Positions 54,319 to 61,903 of a stretch of DNA of 64,000 nt are shown piece by piece. This DNA is from Escherichia phage kaaroe, in the sequence record MN850574.1. One strand, written 5' to 3'. How positions within the stretch are numbered: the stretch's first letter is position 1; each line of letters begins with the position of its first letter. The position numbers were made by a program, and so were the translations under genes. The notes under the pieces were generated by a model, which was not told the origin of the DNA, did not search any database, and saw nothing but the letters and a program-made list of their open reading frames with translations.

Positions 54319-54347
54319 TTGACATAAGATCGGGTGTATAGCATAAT
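54319..54347 (+). promoter_or_regulatory. early promoter cassette with dyad over -10
   Basis: TTGACA-17-CATAAT; perfect inverted repeat GGGTGTAT/ATACACCC brackets -10; ATG 54394. Confidence 0.6.
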
Positions 54348-54393
54348 ACACCCATCGAAACGAGATACACTTTCTAACTAGGAGAATCAAATT

Positions 54394-54681
54394 ATGGCAT
54401 ACATTACTATCACTCTGAAAGTTAACAAATTTGCTCACGCTGCACACGAAACCGATAATGCAATCCGTAACAACAAGTTCGCACGTCTGGTACGCGATGC
54501 AGTAGCTAAAGAGTTCAACTTCAAATTTGCAGATGGTAAAGTTATCACTAAATGGACTCATGACGGCGAAACTAAAGTAGAACTTGCTGACAACTTCGCA
54601 AATCAGGAATATGCACACCGTCGCATTAATGAAATCATCAGCGATGAACTCTACTACGGTGTACAGGAAGGACTGTTTTAA
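54394..54681 (+). CDS. hypothetical protein
   Basis: Conserved leader/RBS, followed by terminator. Confidence 0.55.
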   Translation: MAYITITLKVNKFAHAAHETDNAIRNNKFARLVRDAVAKEFNFKFADGKVITKWTHDGETKVELADNFANQEYAHRRINEIISDELYYGVQEGLF

Positions 54682-54684
54682 TAT

Positions 54685-54708
54685 ACGGGGCGTTAAGCCC
54701 CCTTTTCA
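54685..54708 (+). terminator. rho-independent terminator
   Basis: GGGGCGTTAAGCCCC hairpin followed by CTTTTCATC; same hairpin recurs at 58887. Confidence 0.65.
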
Positions 54709-54730
54709 TCCAACTATTGAGGATAATACT

Positions 54731-55039
54731 ATGAAAGATAATATCTTTGAATTTACCCGCGAAAATCTCCCAATGTTCCGAAAGTCTCTGCTTAAACTAG
54801 AGAACAGCAATTACGATGTATATTTTTACATCACCGAAGATCTAGAGATCCTTTACGCTGATTACCCAGGTCCGATCCGTACCTTCGAAGAAGCATCGCA
54901 GTATAAAAATGTTCACGGTCATGAGCACTGGTTACGAGAAAACCCAGGTCGCAAGAAAGCACGCGTTAAAGTGATTGCGATTGACGTAACACCAGCATAC
55001 GCCGACCGGATTGCACTGAATGATTATTTGTCTAAATGA
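54731..55039 (+). CDS. hypothetical protein, HxHW...AVDV paralog family
   Basis: HGHEHWLRENPGRKKARVKVIAIDV motif. Confidence 0.55.
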   Translation: MKDNIFEFTRENLPMFRKSLLKLENSNYDVYFYITEDLEILYADYPGPIRTFEEASQYKNVHGHEHWLRENPGRKKARVKVIAIDVTPAYADRIALNDYLSK

Positions 55040-55047
55040 TTTTATTA

Positions 55048-55075
55048 GCCGACCTTAGCGTCGGCTTTTTTATTG
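55048..55075 (+). terminator. rho-independent terminator
   Basis: AGCCGACC-TTAG-CGTCGGCT followed by TTTTTTATT. Confidence 0.75.
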
Positions 55076-55095
55076 CATAAAATTAAAAAAAAGAA

Positions 55096-55124
55096 TTGAC
55101 ACCAGATCACGCCTATAGCATAAT
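55096..55124 (+). promoter_or_regulatory. early promoter cassette
   Basis: TTGACA-17-CATAAT, leader ACACCCATCGAAACGAG.., ATG 55165. Confidence 0.6.
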
Positions 55125-55164
55125 ACACCCATCGAAACGAGATACCACTTAGGAGAATCAAACA

Positions 55165-55434
55165 ATGGCACTGACTAAAACCACTACCAACTTTGCAAAA
55201 CGTCACGGCTTCGACATTGAAATCAATAGCTTTAACGATTACACTCTTCTGTGTGTATATGAAATCGAAAATGATTGCGAGTGGATGTTCAGCTATCGCG
55301 TAAACGAAGACGGATCTTTCACTTGGAACGGAAATATCTATCTTGCACAGGAAGTAAAAGAAGAACTTCCGGCGAATATCAAAGATGAGAAACATTTACG
55401 TCAAGTTTTAAAATTTATTTCTGAAAATATCTAA
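55165..55434 (+). CDS. hypothetical protein
   Basis: AGGAGAATCAAACA-ATG cassette. Confidence 0.55.
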   Translation: MALTKTTTNFAKRHGFDIEINSFNDYTLLCVYEIENDCEWMFSYRVNEDGSFTWNGNIYLAQEVKEELPANIKDEKHLRQVLKFISENI

Positions 55435-55442
55435 AAAAGTTG

Positions 55443-55471
55443 TTGACACCAAAGTAAGAACATAGCATAAT
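55443..55471 (+). promoter_or_regulatory. early promoter cassette
   Basis: TTGACA-17-CATAAT, ATG 55505. Confidence 0.6.
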
Positions 55472-55504
55472 ACACCCATACCGAAACGAACTGGAGAATC
55501 AAAA

Positions 55505-55786
55505 ATGAAATTCATCAAAGCAACCGAAATCCTGAAAAACAAAGAAGCATACATCGGAAACATCGTTGGTATGAACATTCGCGGCGCTGGTAGCCAGTGG
55601 ACCAAACTGGTTGATGTTAAAGCTAAAGGCGATAAAATTGAGTTCACTGTAAAAATGCTTACTCATAACGCACATATGGGTATCAAGACAAAAACGATGG
55701 CAGCAGATAAAAGCATTAACTATCAGGGTCTGGGTGATTGGCTGAACTGGTGCAAAATGCACAATATCGAAACTAATCACGAATAA
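55505..55786 (+). CDS. hypothetical protein
   Basis: Conserved leader/RBS. Confidence 0.55.
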   Translation: MKFIKATEILKNKEAYIGNIVGMNIRGAGSQWTKLVDVKAKGDKIEFTVKMLTHNAHMGIKTKTMAADKSINYQGLGDWLNWCKMHNIETNHE

Positions 55787-55800
55787 TTTTAAAAAAGTTG

Positions 55801-55829
55801 TTGACGGGGATCGGGAGATCCCCTATAAT
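55801..55829 (+). promoter_or_regulatory. early promoter cassette with palindromic spacer
   Basis: TTGACG-GGGATCGGGAGATCCCC-TATAAT, ATG 55863. Confidence 0.65.
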
Positions 55830-55862
55830 ACACACATAACGAAACGAAATAGGAGAATCAAA

Positions 55863-56030
55863 ATGTTCGAGACTAAAGCAGCATGTGAAGCATATATCAT
55901 TGAAACCCACGGCGAAGATTATCTGAAATTTGACATTGTAGTAGCACAGAAGATTGTAGGGATGGTTGCAAAATATCTGGGTGTTAAAGAAGGTTACTAT
56001 CCGAGCAACGCACCAGAAATTAACAAATAA
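55863..56030 (+). CDS. hypothetical small protein (55 aa), near-identical paralog of 52583-52750
   Basis: See 52583 entry; about 90 percent identical at protein level by eye. Confidence 0.55.
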   Translation: MFETKAACEAYIIETHGEDYLKFDIVVAQKIVGMVAKYLGVKEGYYPSNAPEINK

Positions 56031-56044
56031 TTTTATAAAAAGTA

Positions 56045-56073
56045 TTGACAGGGGAGGATAACTCCCCTACAAT
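56045..56073 (+). promoter_or_regulatory. early promoter cassette with palindromic spacer (operon 56114-58346)
   Basis: TTGACA-GGGGAGGATAACTCCCC-TACAAT, ATG 56114; no further promoter until 58355. Confidence 0.65.
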
Positions 56074-56113
56074 ACAACCATCAAGACGAGATACCACTTA
56101 GGAGAATCAAACA

Positions 56114-56365
56114 ATGGCTAACATCGAAACCGCAAAGAAAATCGCTAAAGACCTGAACGTTAAAGGCTTCCGTAAACTGAAATTACAGCGTGTACGCTAC
56201 ACCATCGGCAAACAGTGCTCTTTCATGAGCGAAGAAGTTGCTAACAGCCTCATTGATAACCTGATTGCGGCTGGCTGGGAAGTTGCGGATCTGAAAACTT
56301 GCCGCGAACTGGCTAACAAAGGTCTTTTAGATTCTGTTACTATCAAACCAATGGGGGCAGCGTGA
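56114..56365 (+). CDS. hypothetical protein (operon gene 1)
   Basis: Conserved leader/RBS. Confidence 0.55.
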   Translation: MANIETAKKIAKDLNVKGFRKLKLQRVRYTIGKQCSFMSEEVANSLIDNLIAAGWEVADLKTCRELANKGLLDSVTIKPMGAA

Positions 56366-56607
56366 AAAGAAAATTAATTAAACGCAATAAGGAATTTCTT
56401 AATAACTGCATTAAGGCCGCTAATGGTTGGCCTTTGTGCCTCTTCCTTTATGATTGGTATTCTAAACAATCAGTTGAGGAAACACGACACTATAAGAAGA
56501 TCAGAAAAGAATCATATACAAAACAAGGCCGCATTAACGGACTTTACTTAATGTGGCACGGCAAAGAACCTTCTAAAATCTGCGTTGGATTAAAGGGGCG
56601 TATATGA
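56362..56607 (+). CDS. hypothetical protein (operon gene 2, GTG start)
   Basis: GTGA overlap with upstream stop; ORF track 56362-56607. Confidence 0.45.
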   Translation: MKRKLIKRNKEFLNNCIKAANGWPLCLFLYDWYSKQSVEETRHYKKIRKESYTKQGRINGLYLMWHGKEPSKICVGLKGRI

Positions 56608-57320
56608 AACAAAAATTAATATTCTGTAACTTTGACGGATCGGGGATAATGGGGCTAGAATGGGCTAAAGCAGGTCATAAGGTGATCTGCTTTAATGCTG
56701 ACGATGGCGACCACGGCACATACAAAAAGTATAATACCAGATTTGAACACCCAAACATTACCTATGTAAACACATGGATTGATTTGAACTGGCTAGAAAG
56801 AGCAATGGACCTTGAATGGGGGAAACCGGATATTATCTTTGCATTCCCACCGTGCACCAATTTAGCTGTTAGTGGCGCTGCACACTTTGAACGAAAGAAA
56901 CGAGAACAAGGACCATTGATTCAAGTTCATGATGTAAGGGCAGCTAAAATAACCGCTTATTTGGGTGAATGGCTAGGAGTTCCCTACATGATAGAGAATC
57001 CTGTAAGCGTTATCTCTAGCATGTGGCGTAAGCCTGATTACATGTTCCACCCGTGGGAATATGGCGGTTATTTGCCGGAAGATGATAAACATCCTACTTT
57101 TCCTGAGTATATCGCCGCCCGTGATATGTACCCGAAAAAGACTTGCTTATGGACCGGACAAGGCTTTATAATGCCAGAAAAGAAACCGTTGCAGATTAAT
57201 AAAGGGTACAGTAAACAGCATTCTAAGCTAGGCGGGAAAGGAACGAAAACAAAGACTATCAGGTCACTTACCCCGCGAGGATTCGCAAAGGCAGTATTTG
57301 AAGCAAATAAGGATCTATGA
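56604..57320 (+). CDS. C5-cytosine-methyltransferase-like catalytic core protein (operon gene 3)
   Basis: Motif-I-like FDGSGIMG, motif-IV-like FPPCTNLAVSG, motif-VI-like IENPVS; 238 aa, no obvious target-recognition domain. Confidence 0.45.
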   Translation: MKQKLIFCNFDGSGIMGLEWAKAGHKVICFNADDGDHGTYKKYNTRFEHPNITYVNTWIDLNWLERAMDLEWGKPDIIFAFPPCTNLAVSGAAHFERKKREQGPLIQVHDVRAAKITAYLGEWLGVPYMIENPVSVISSMWRKPDYMFHPWEYGGYLPEDDKHPTFPEYIAARDMYPKKTCLWTGQGFIMPEKKPLQINKGYSKQHSKLGGKGTKTKTIRSLTPRGFAKAVFEANKDL

Positions 57321-57655
57321 TGAGATTGTTTAAGTATTCGCTAACGTCAAATTACGATAAACAAGGTCATTGCATCCGTTGCCCTGATTGTCATAGCCAT
57401 AACATCGAAAGCAAGATCACCGATCATATTGATGGACTTTGGTCGCCAGCAAGTGAAATAGAATACTATTGCGCTGATTGTGGAATTGTAGTAGCATATT
57501 GGGCATACGGATCATATGATCCATACTTCCAGATGGGAGAACGTTCAATCCCTGCGCTTATCTGGAGAATTAAGAACAATATCCGCTATTCATGGGATGA
57601 GTTCTTAAAAGATATTGATTTACGTGATGATCCATTCAGGAGAACTATATTATGA
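57317..57655 (+). CDS. zinc-ribbon protein (operon gene 4)
   Basis: CIRCPDCHSH ... CADCG; ATGA overlap with upstream stop. Confidence 0.5.
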   Translation: MMRLFKYSLTSNYDKQGHCIRCPDCHSHNIESKITDHIDGLWSPASEIEYYCADCGIVVAYWAYGSYDPYFQMGERSIPALIWRIKNNIRYSWDEFLKDIDLRDDPFRRTIL

Positions 57656-57831
57656 TAACACCACAACTACACGGTAAAGAGATTTGCGATCTTACTTGGG
57701 AAGAGTTGGTCATGTATCGCGACACCTACAAATGGTTTGAATCCATGAAAGAATTTGTAGCAGCAGTACGAGAAGAAATGAGCATTCGCCAGTATGCGGA
57801 CGCATATATTGAAAAGGTAAGCACACTATGA
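57652..57831 (+). CDS. hypothetical small protein (59 aa, operon gene 5)
   Basis: ATGA overlaps at both ends; manually translated. Confidence 0.4.
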   Translation: MITPQLHGKEICDLTWEELVMYRDTYKWFESMKEFVAAVREEMSIRQYADAYIEKVSTL

Positions 57832-58346
57832 ACCGTTTAACGCCTAAACGCCGTTACTATACCAATACTAAAAACTTTGTCATCTCTGTTTATGAGGCGT
57901 GGTTAGAAGATGGCTTTATCAACATGAACCCAGATTATCAGCGTCCTTTGGTATGGGACACCGAAAACAAACGTATGTTTATCGAAAACCTGATTAATGA
58001 TTTTCCGGTTGGTGCTATCGCAATGGCTAAGATTGATGATGGCTCTCGCTATGAGATCGAAATCGTGGACGGTAAACAGCGTTTAAACGCAATATTCTCC
58101 TTCATGAAGGATGAGTTTAGCATTGCTGGTAATGATGATTCTATGTTGTATTACAGTGATTTTACGCCAGCAGAAAAGCGACGTTTCCGAAATCTCGGAC
58201 TACCCGCGATCATGATGGAAGAGAGCACACGAGAAGACCGATTAGAGTATTTCTACAAAACAAACTTTTTCGGTGTGCCTCAATCGGAAGAACATCGCCA
58301 GCATGTGATTGCCCTATTGCAAGATGAGCAATTAAAAAATAACTAA
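57828..58346 (+). CDS. DUF262/ParB-like nuclease-domain protein (operon gene 6)
   Basis: NPDYQRPLVW and IVDGKQRLNAIF (DGQQR-type) motifs typical of DUF262, the GmrSD N-terminal domain. Confidence 0.6.
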   Translation: MNRLTPKRRYYTNTKNFVISVYEAWLEDGFINMNPDYQRPLVWDTENKRMFIENLINDFPVGAIAMAKIDDGSRYEIEIVDGKQRLNAIFSFMKDEFSIAGNDDSMLYYSDFTPAEKRRFRNLGLPAIMMEESTREDRLEYFYKTNFFGVPQSEEHRQHVIALLQDEQLKNN

Positions 58347-58354
58347 AAAAGTTG

Positions 58355-58383
58355 TTGACAGGGGATCATCGATCCCCTATAAT
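58355..58383 (+). promoter_or_regulatory. early promoter cassette with palindromic spacer
   Basis: TTGACA-GGGGATCATCGATCCCC-TATAAT, ATG 58418. Confidence 0.65.
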
Positions 58384-58417
58384 ACACACATACCGAAACG
58401 AACTAGGAGAATCAAAC

Positions 58418-58597
58418 ATGAAACACTTAACCATCGAATCGGCAATCATCGCAATCGCTAAAGTTCAAGCGGCTTATAATTGCACTGACATTGAAGCCAT
58501 TTCAAAAATGCAAGCAGAAGCAGCAAAAGCGGGTGACGAGAAATCTTTAGATGTTCTCTGCGAAATCAAAGCAGAATTGATTTCAAAAATGTTCTAA
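58418..58597 (+). CDS. hypothetical small protein (59 aa)
   Basis: Conserved leader/RBS. Confidence 0.5.
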   Translation: MKHLTIESAIIAIAKVQAAYNCTDIEAISKMQAEAAKAGDEKSLDVLCEIKAELISKMF

Positions 58598-58603
58598 AAG
58601 TTG

Positions 58604-58632
58604 TTGACATAACAGAGGGTGTATATCACAAT
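58604..58632 (+). promoter_or_regulatory. early promoter cassette with dyad over -10
   Basis: TTGACA-17-CACAAT; inverted repeat GGGTGTAT/ATACACCC; ATG 58669. Confidence 0.6.
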
Positions 58633-58668
58633 ACACCCATACCGAAACGAACTACTAAGGAGTATCAA

Positions 58669-58881
58669 ATGGCTAACATCGAAATCATCATTACCGACGT
58701 AACTTATGACCGCATTAACGAAATCGGTACTGCATTACTGGAAGATGGAACAACTCGTACCATCAACTACGCAGAATACGTTGAAATGCGCGGTTGTATT
58801 AAACGAGTAGGAAAATATATCCTGATTGAAAAAGACTATTCAGGATACACCTTAGAGCAATTGCTCGATGGTGCATTATAA
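58669..58881 (+). CDS. hypothetical protein
   Basis: AAGGAGTATCAA-ATG cassette. Confidence 0.55.
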   Translation: MANIEIIITDVTYDRINEIGTALLEDGTTRTINYAEYVEMRGCIKRVGKYILIEKDYSGYTLEQLLDGAL

Positions 58882-58885
58882 TAAA

Positions 58886-58908
58886 TGGGGGCGTTAAGCC
58901 CCTTTTTC
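58886..58908 (+). terminator. rho-independent terminator
   Basis: GGGGCGTTAAGCCCC hairpin followed by TTTTTCAT. Confidence 0.7.
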
Positions 58909-58948
58909 ATAAATATAGGTTTATAGGTTATCAACTAGAGGATATAAA

Positions 58949-61000
58949 ATGTTTAACTTAGAAATCGACGATCTAATGATTGAATCTTTCGAGAAATGGC
59001 TGTTGACGGAAGAGGAAGAAAACTTTGGCAGTATTGCTCCGGTACAGTGCTTAAAGCCTAAGCAGAATCCTAAACAGCTTTTTGCAGTACAGACACGCGA
59101 TAAAGATGTGATTGTCCGTCTTTGTAACTTCACCAACAAAACACCTAAAATCATTCGTATGGGTGACAAGACCGCACATGTTGTACTGTGCGAAATGAAC
59201 AAAAGCGGTCGTATTGTACAGCTTAAAAATGGTCTAGGCGATAACCCGATTGCAGTTATGTCAAGTGCTTTTGATGTGGTTATGGAAACAGCCCGTAAAG
59301 CGCAATTAGACGCTGTTATGTTCCGTTTTAACGTATCCCGCATGAAAGGTAAGACCGAACTGGTTAAGCGCGTTATAGAGCGTTTGGTGCGTCGTACACC
59401 GAAGTTTGAAGTATTCCAGCAGGAAGTAATGACCAGCAAAAAGATCGCTTTAGTTGTTGTCAAGCGTCGCGGGATGGCGATTGATAAGATTAAAGGTATT
59501 AAACTTGATGAATCCTTGTTCACTAAAGTAGAAAGTGATTTAGGTGATCGCTGGGTATCTAAGGCTACTGGTGAATCTCTGACTAAAGATGAGGCATATG
59601 CGGCTAGTCTTGTGTCAGAAGAAGAACGAAACGCGGAAGCAGAACAACGCGTAGCGGCTAAATCTCGTTTGACTAAAGAAGAAATGCTGAAAACTCAAGC
59701 GACATATAACAGCGACTACGTGAATCATCCAGAAAAAATTAATCTTAAACCGGAAGAAGATATCACCGAAGCAGAACCTAAGAAACAGTTTAATACTCTG
59801 ATTGACCGTCAAGCCTTAGAACGTTCAACCGCCCGTTCTCTGAATGACTGGACAAGTGATATTATCACTCGCTATGGTTTCATGCGTACTATTTTTGAAA
59901 GCGAAGCCGATGCAAAATACGCAGTAAGCGAACTGGTAAAAGTTCAGGATCAATATGATCCATTGTCTGCGGAAGTTATCGCAGCCTCGGTCAAACGCTT
60001 AAAAGAAATCATGAGCGAGGAAGTATTCGAAAACAAGATCACCGCCCTGGCAATGGATCGAGTAGACCAGTCTATGCCAGCAGATGTAAAAGCTGAAATG
60101 CTGCGTAGTCATATCACCCAGATTAAAACAGATGCCCTACGTAATATTGCCTCCGGTATGTTTGAAGCAATTGCTAGCAACATGGGTGAAATGATGGCAG
60201 ATATTGATCTTGATCTGCCGGGCGCGGAAGGTTTTGTGTTGAGCGAATATGCCGATGCAGCATACATCAATATGAACAACTTCCTAACCGACCGTAAGCT
60301 GGAAGAGTTTGAAGGCATCGCAGATCCAGAAGAATTGGTCAAGATGTGCGATGCACTGGATAATGCCTTCTCCAACTATGGCGTTAAACTTGATCCGGGT
60401 ACTATTCTGTATCGTGGTATGGACTTCCGGTCGCAAATGTGGGAAACTGCACGTAAGCAAAAAGCGTTTTACTTTAAAAACTATGTGAGCACTTCCCTTG
60501 CACCTAACATTTTTGGCGGCTGGAATGCAAACGTGGCTAGTGCCGTTGCTGGTGTTGATTCTATGGCTGGCTCTCGCGGTGAAGGTGGCGCTAATGTTGC
60601 TTTCTCCATTGCTGGCGCGGAAAACATCCCTGTATTGCCAGTAGGTAACAAAGCATTTGCTTACAAAGAATGCGAGATTTTACTTCCTCGCGGTGTTGTG
60701 TTATCCTTTGATACGGTAACTCGTGCTACGGCATCGACGGATTCACAAGAAACTTATTACATCGAGGCACATATTATGAACAAAAATGAACTGGCAGCAT
60801 TACAAGAATCTGGCGAGATGATCGCGGACGGTGATGCATTCATCCGTGAAGGTGTTGTTAAACCGGCTTCTGACCTGTCTTTCTCCAGCTTCATTAGCGA
60901 AGCTAAAACCGAACGTAAGAAAGCAGATAAGGCAACTCTACGTCAGCTTATCGCTGATCTGGTATCTGTAGACGCAATGCCAGATAAATTTAAAATGTAA
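58949..61000 (+). CDS. alt: ADP-ribosyltransferase Alt (virion-packaged)
   Basis: 683 aa (T4 Alt 682); SLFTKVESDLGD, LYRGMDFRS, FYFKNYVSTSLAPNIFGG, ECEILLPRG (R-S-ExE) match T4 Alt. Confidence 0.9.
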   Translation: MFNLEIDDLMIESFEKWLLTEEEENFGSIAPVQCLKPKQNPKQLFAVQTRDKDVIVRLCNFTNKTPKIIRMGDKTAHVVLCEMNKSGRIVQLKNGLGDNPIAVMSSAFDVVMETARKAQLDAVMFRFNVSRMKGKTELVKRVIERLVRRTPKFEVFQQEVMTSKKIALVVVKRRGMAIDKIKGIKLDESLFTKVESDLGDRWVSKATGESLTKDEAYAASLVSEEERNAEAEQRVAAKSRLTKEEMLKTQATYNSDYVNHPEKINLKPEEDITEAEPKKQFNTLIDRQALERSTARSLNDWTSDIITRYGFMRTIFESEADAKYAVSELVKVQDQYDPLSAEVIAASVKRLKEIMSEEVFENKITALAMDRVDQSMPADVKAEMLRSHITQIKTDALRNIASGMFEAIASNMGEMMADIDLDLPGAEGFVLSEYADAAYINMNNFLTDRKLEEFEGIADPEELVKMCDALDNAFSNYGVKLDPGTILYRGMDFRSQMWETARKQKAFYFKNYVSTSLAPNIFGGWNANVASAVAGVDSMAGSRGEGGANVAFSIAGAENIPVLPVGNKAFAYKECEILLPRGVVLSFDTVTRATASTDSQETYYIEAHIMNKNELAALQESGEMIADGDAFIREGVVKPASDLSFSSFISEAKTERKKADKATLRQLIADLVSVDAMPDKFKM

Positions 61001-61017
61001 TTTTTAAGAAATAATGG

Positions 61018-61046
61018 TTGACTCAAACGGGGACTAGTTTTATACT
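61018..61046 (+). promoter_or_regulatory. promoter with dyad flanking -10
   Basis: TTGACT-17-TATACT; CGGGGACTAGT / ACTAGCCCCG inverted repeat; ATG 61079. Confidence 0.55.
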
Positions 61047-61078
61047 AGCCCCGTTTTCTGTTATATGGGAGGTTTAAA

Positions 61079-61903
61079 ATGTTCAAGAAATTACAGGATT
61101 TTCGTCTTTCAGAAGAATCACGCGAATCAATGATGGAACGTATGGATAATTACATCGAAACATATGACATTGAGGGGATTAATGGTTACATGATCACTGA
61201 GATGATCAGCGATCAGATTAACTTTGATGATTATGTGAAGGTTATCCGCTTCCTTGAGCGCGAGACACAAGATTATGGATTTGTAAAGAAAATCATTAAT
61301 GTGATGTATGAAGTACACTCCGAAGACTTTGGAGATAATGTATTCAAACATTACAAACATAACAACATAACCCCAGCAGAATATAATGCAATCTGTGATT
61401 ATGTGTCTGAACAATACGAATGGGTAAATGGTGCTCTCTTAGGGGAAGAAGACATGACCGATGAGATATCAGAGATTGTTGATTTGATGGATTGTGTCAT
61501 GGATAAAACCGAAAAGTTAAACGGTACTCTTTATCGAGGTCAACATCTTGACATTCAGACAATAGAGCGTATCATTGAAGATAAGGAGTTTACCTTTAAA
61601 AACTTTGTATCTACCAGCATGACACCGATCATCTTTGGAGGATGGCTATCAAACAGCACTAGCCTTTATTGTGAGAATCGATATGAATCAATGACCGGAA
61701 AGATGCAACATTCTTGTAATGTATCATGGGTAATTGACGTAAAAGATCATAAAGGTTTTGTTGTTGGGTCAATTGCATGGAACCCTTGCGAATGTGAAGT
61801 AATTTTACCGCGAGGGACTTGCGTCAAGGTAAACGACGTAGTAGAATCTTTCGGCGATGAGAATCGTAGACAATTTACAATTTTCGGTGAGGTGACTAAA
61901 TGA
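61079..61903 (+). CDS. second ADP-ribosyltransferase (Alt/Mod-like paralog)
   Basis: LYRGQHLD, FKNFVSTSMTPIIFGG, ECEVILPRG triad aligned to the Alt C-terminal domain. Confidence 0.75.
   Translation: MFKKLQDFRLSEESRESMMERMDNYIETYDIEGINGYMITEMISDQINFDDYVKVIRFLERETQDYGFVKKIINVMYEVHSEDFGDNVFKHYKHNNITPAEYNAICDYVSEQYEWVNGALLGEEDMTDEISEIVDLMDCVMDKTEKLNGTLYRGQHLDIQTIERIIEDKEFTFKNFVSTSMTPIIFGGWLSNSTSLYCENRYESMTGKMQHSCNVSWVIDVKDHKGFVVGSIAWNPCECEVILPRGTCVKVNDVVESFGDENRRQFTIFGEVTK

Noticed and set aside
50990-58910. Possible CRISPR array suggested by regularly repeated ~30-75 nt elements
   Set aside because: The repeats are promoter/leader cassettes with -35, -10 and Shine-Dalgarno elements; the intervening units are 170-700 bp protein-coding ORFs of unequal length, not 30-40 bp spacers.
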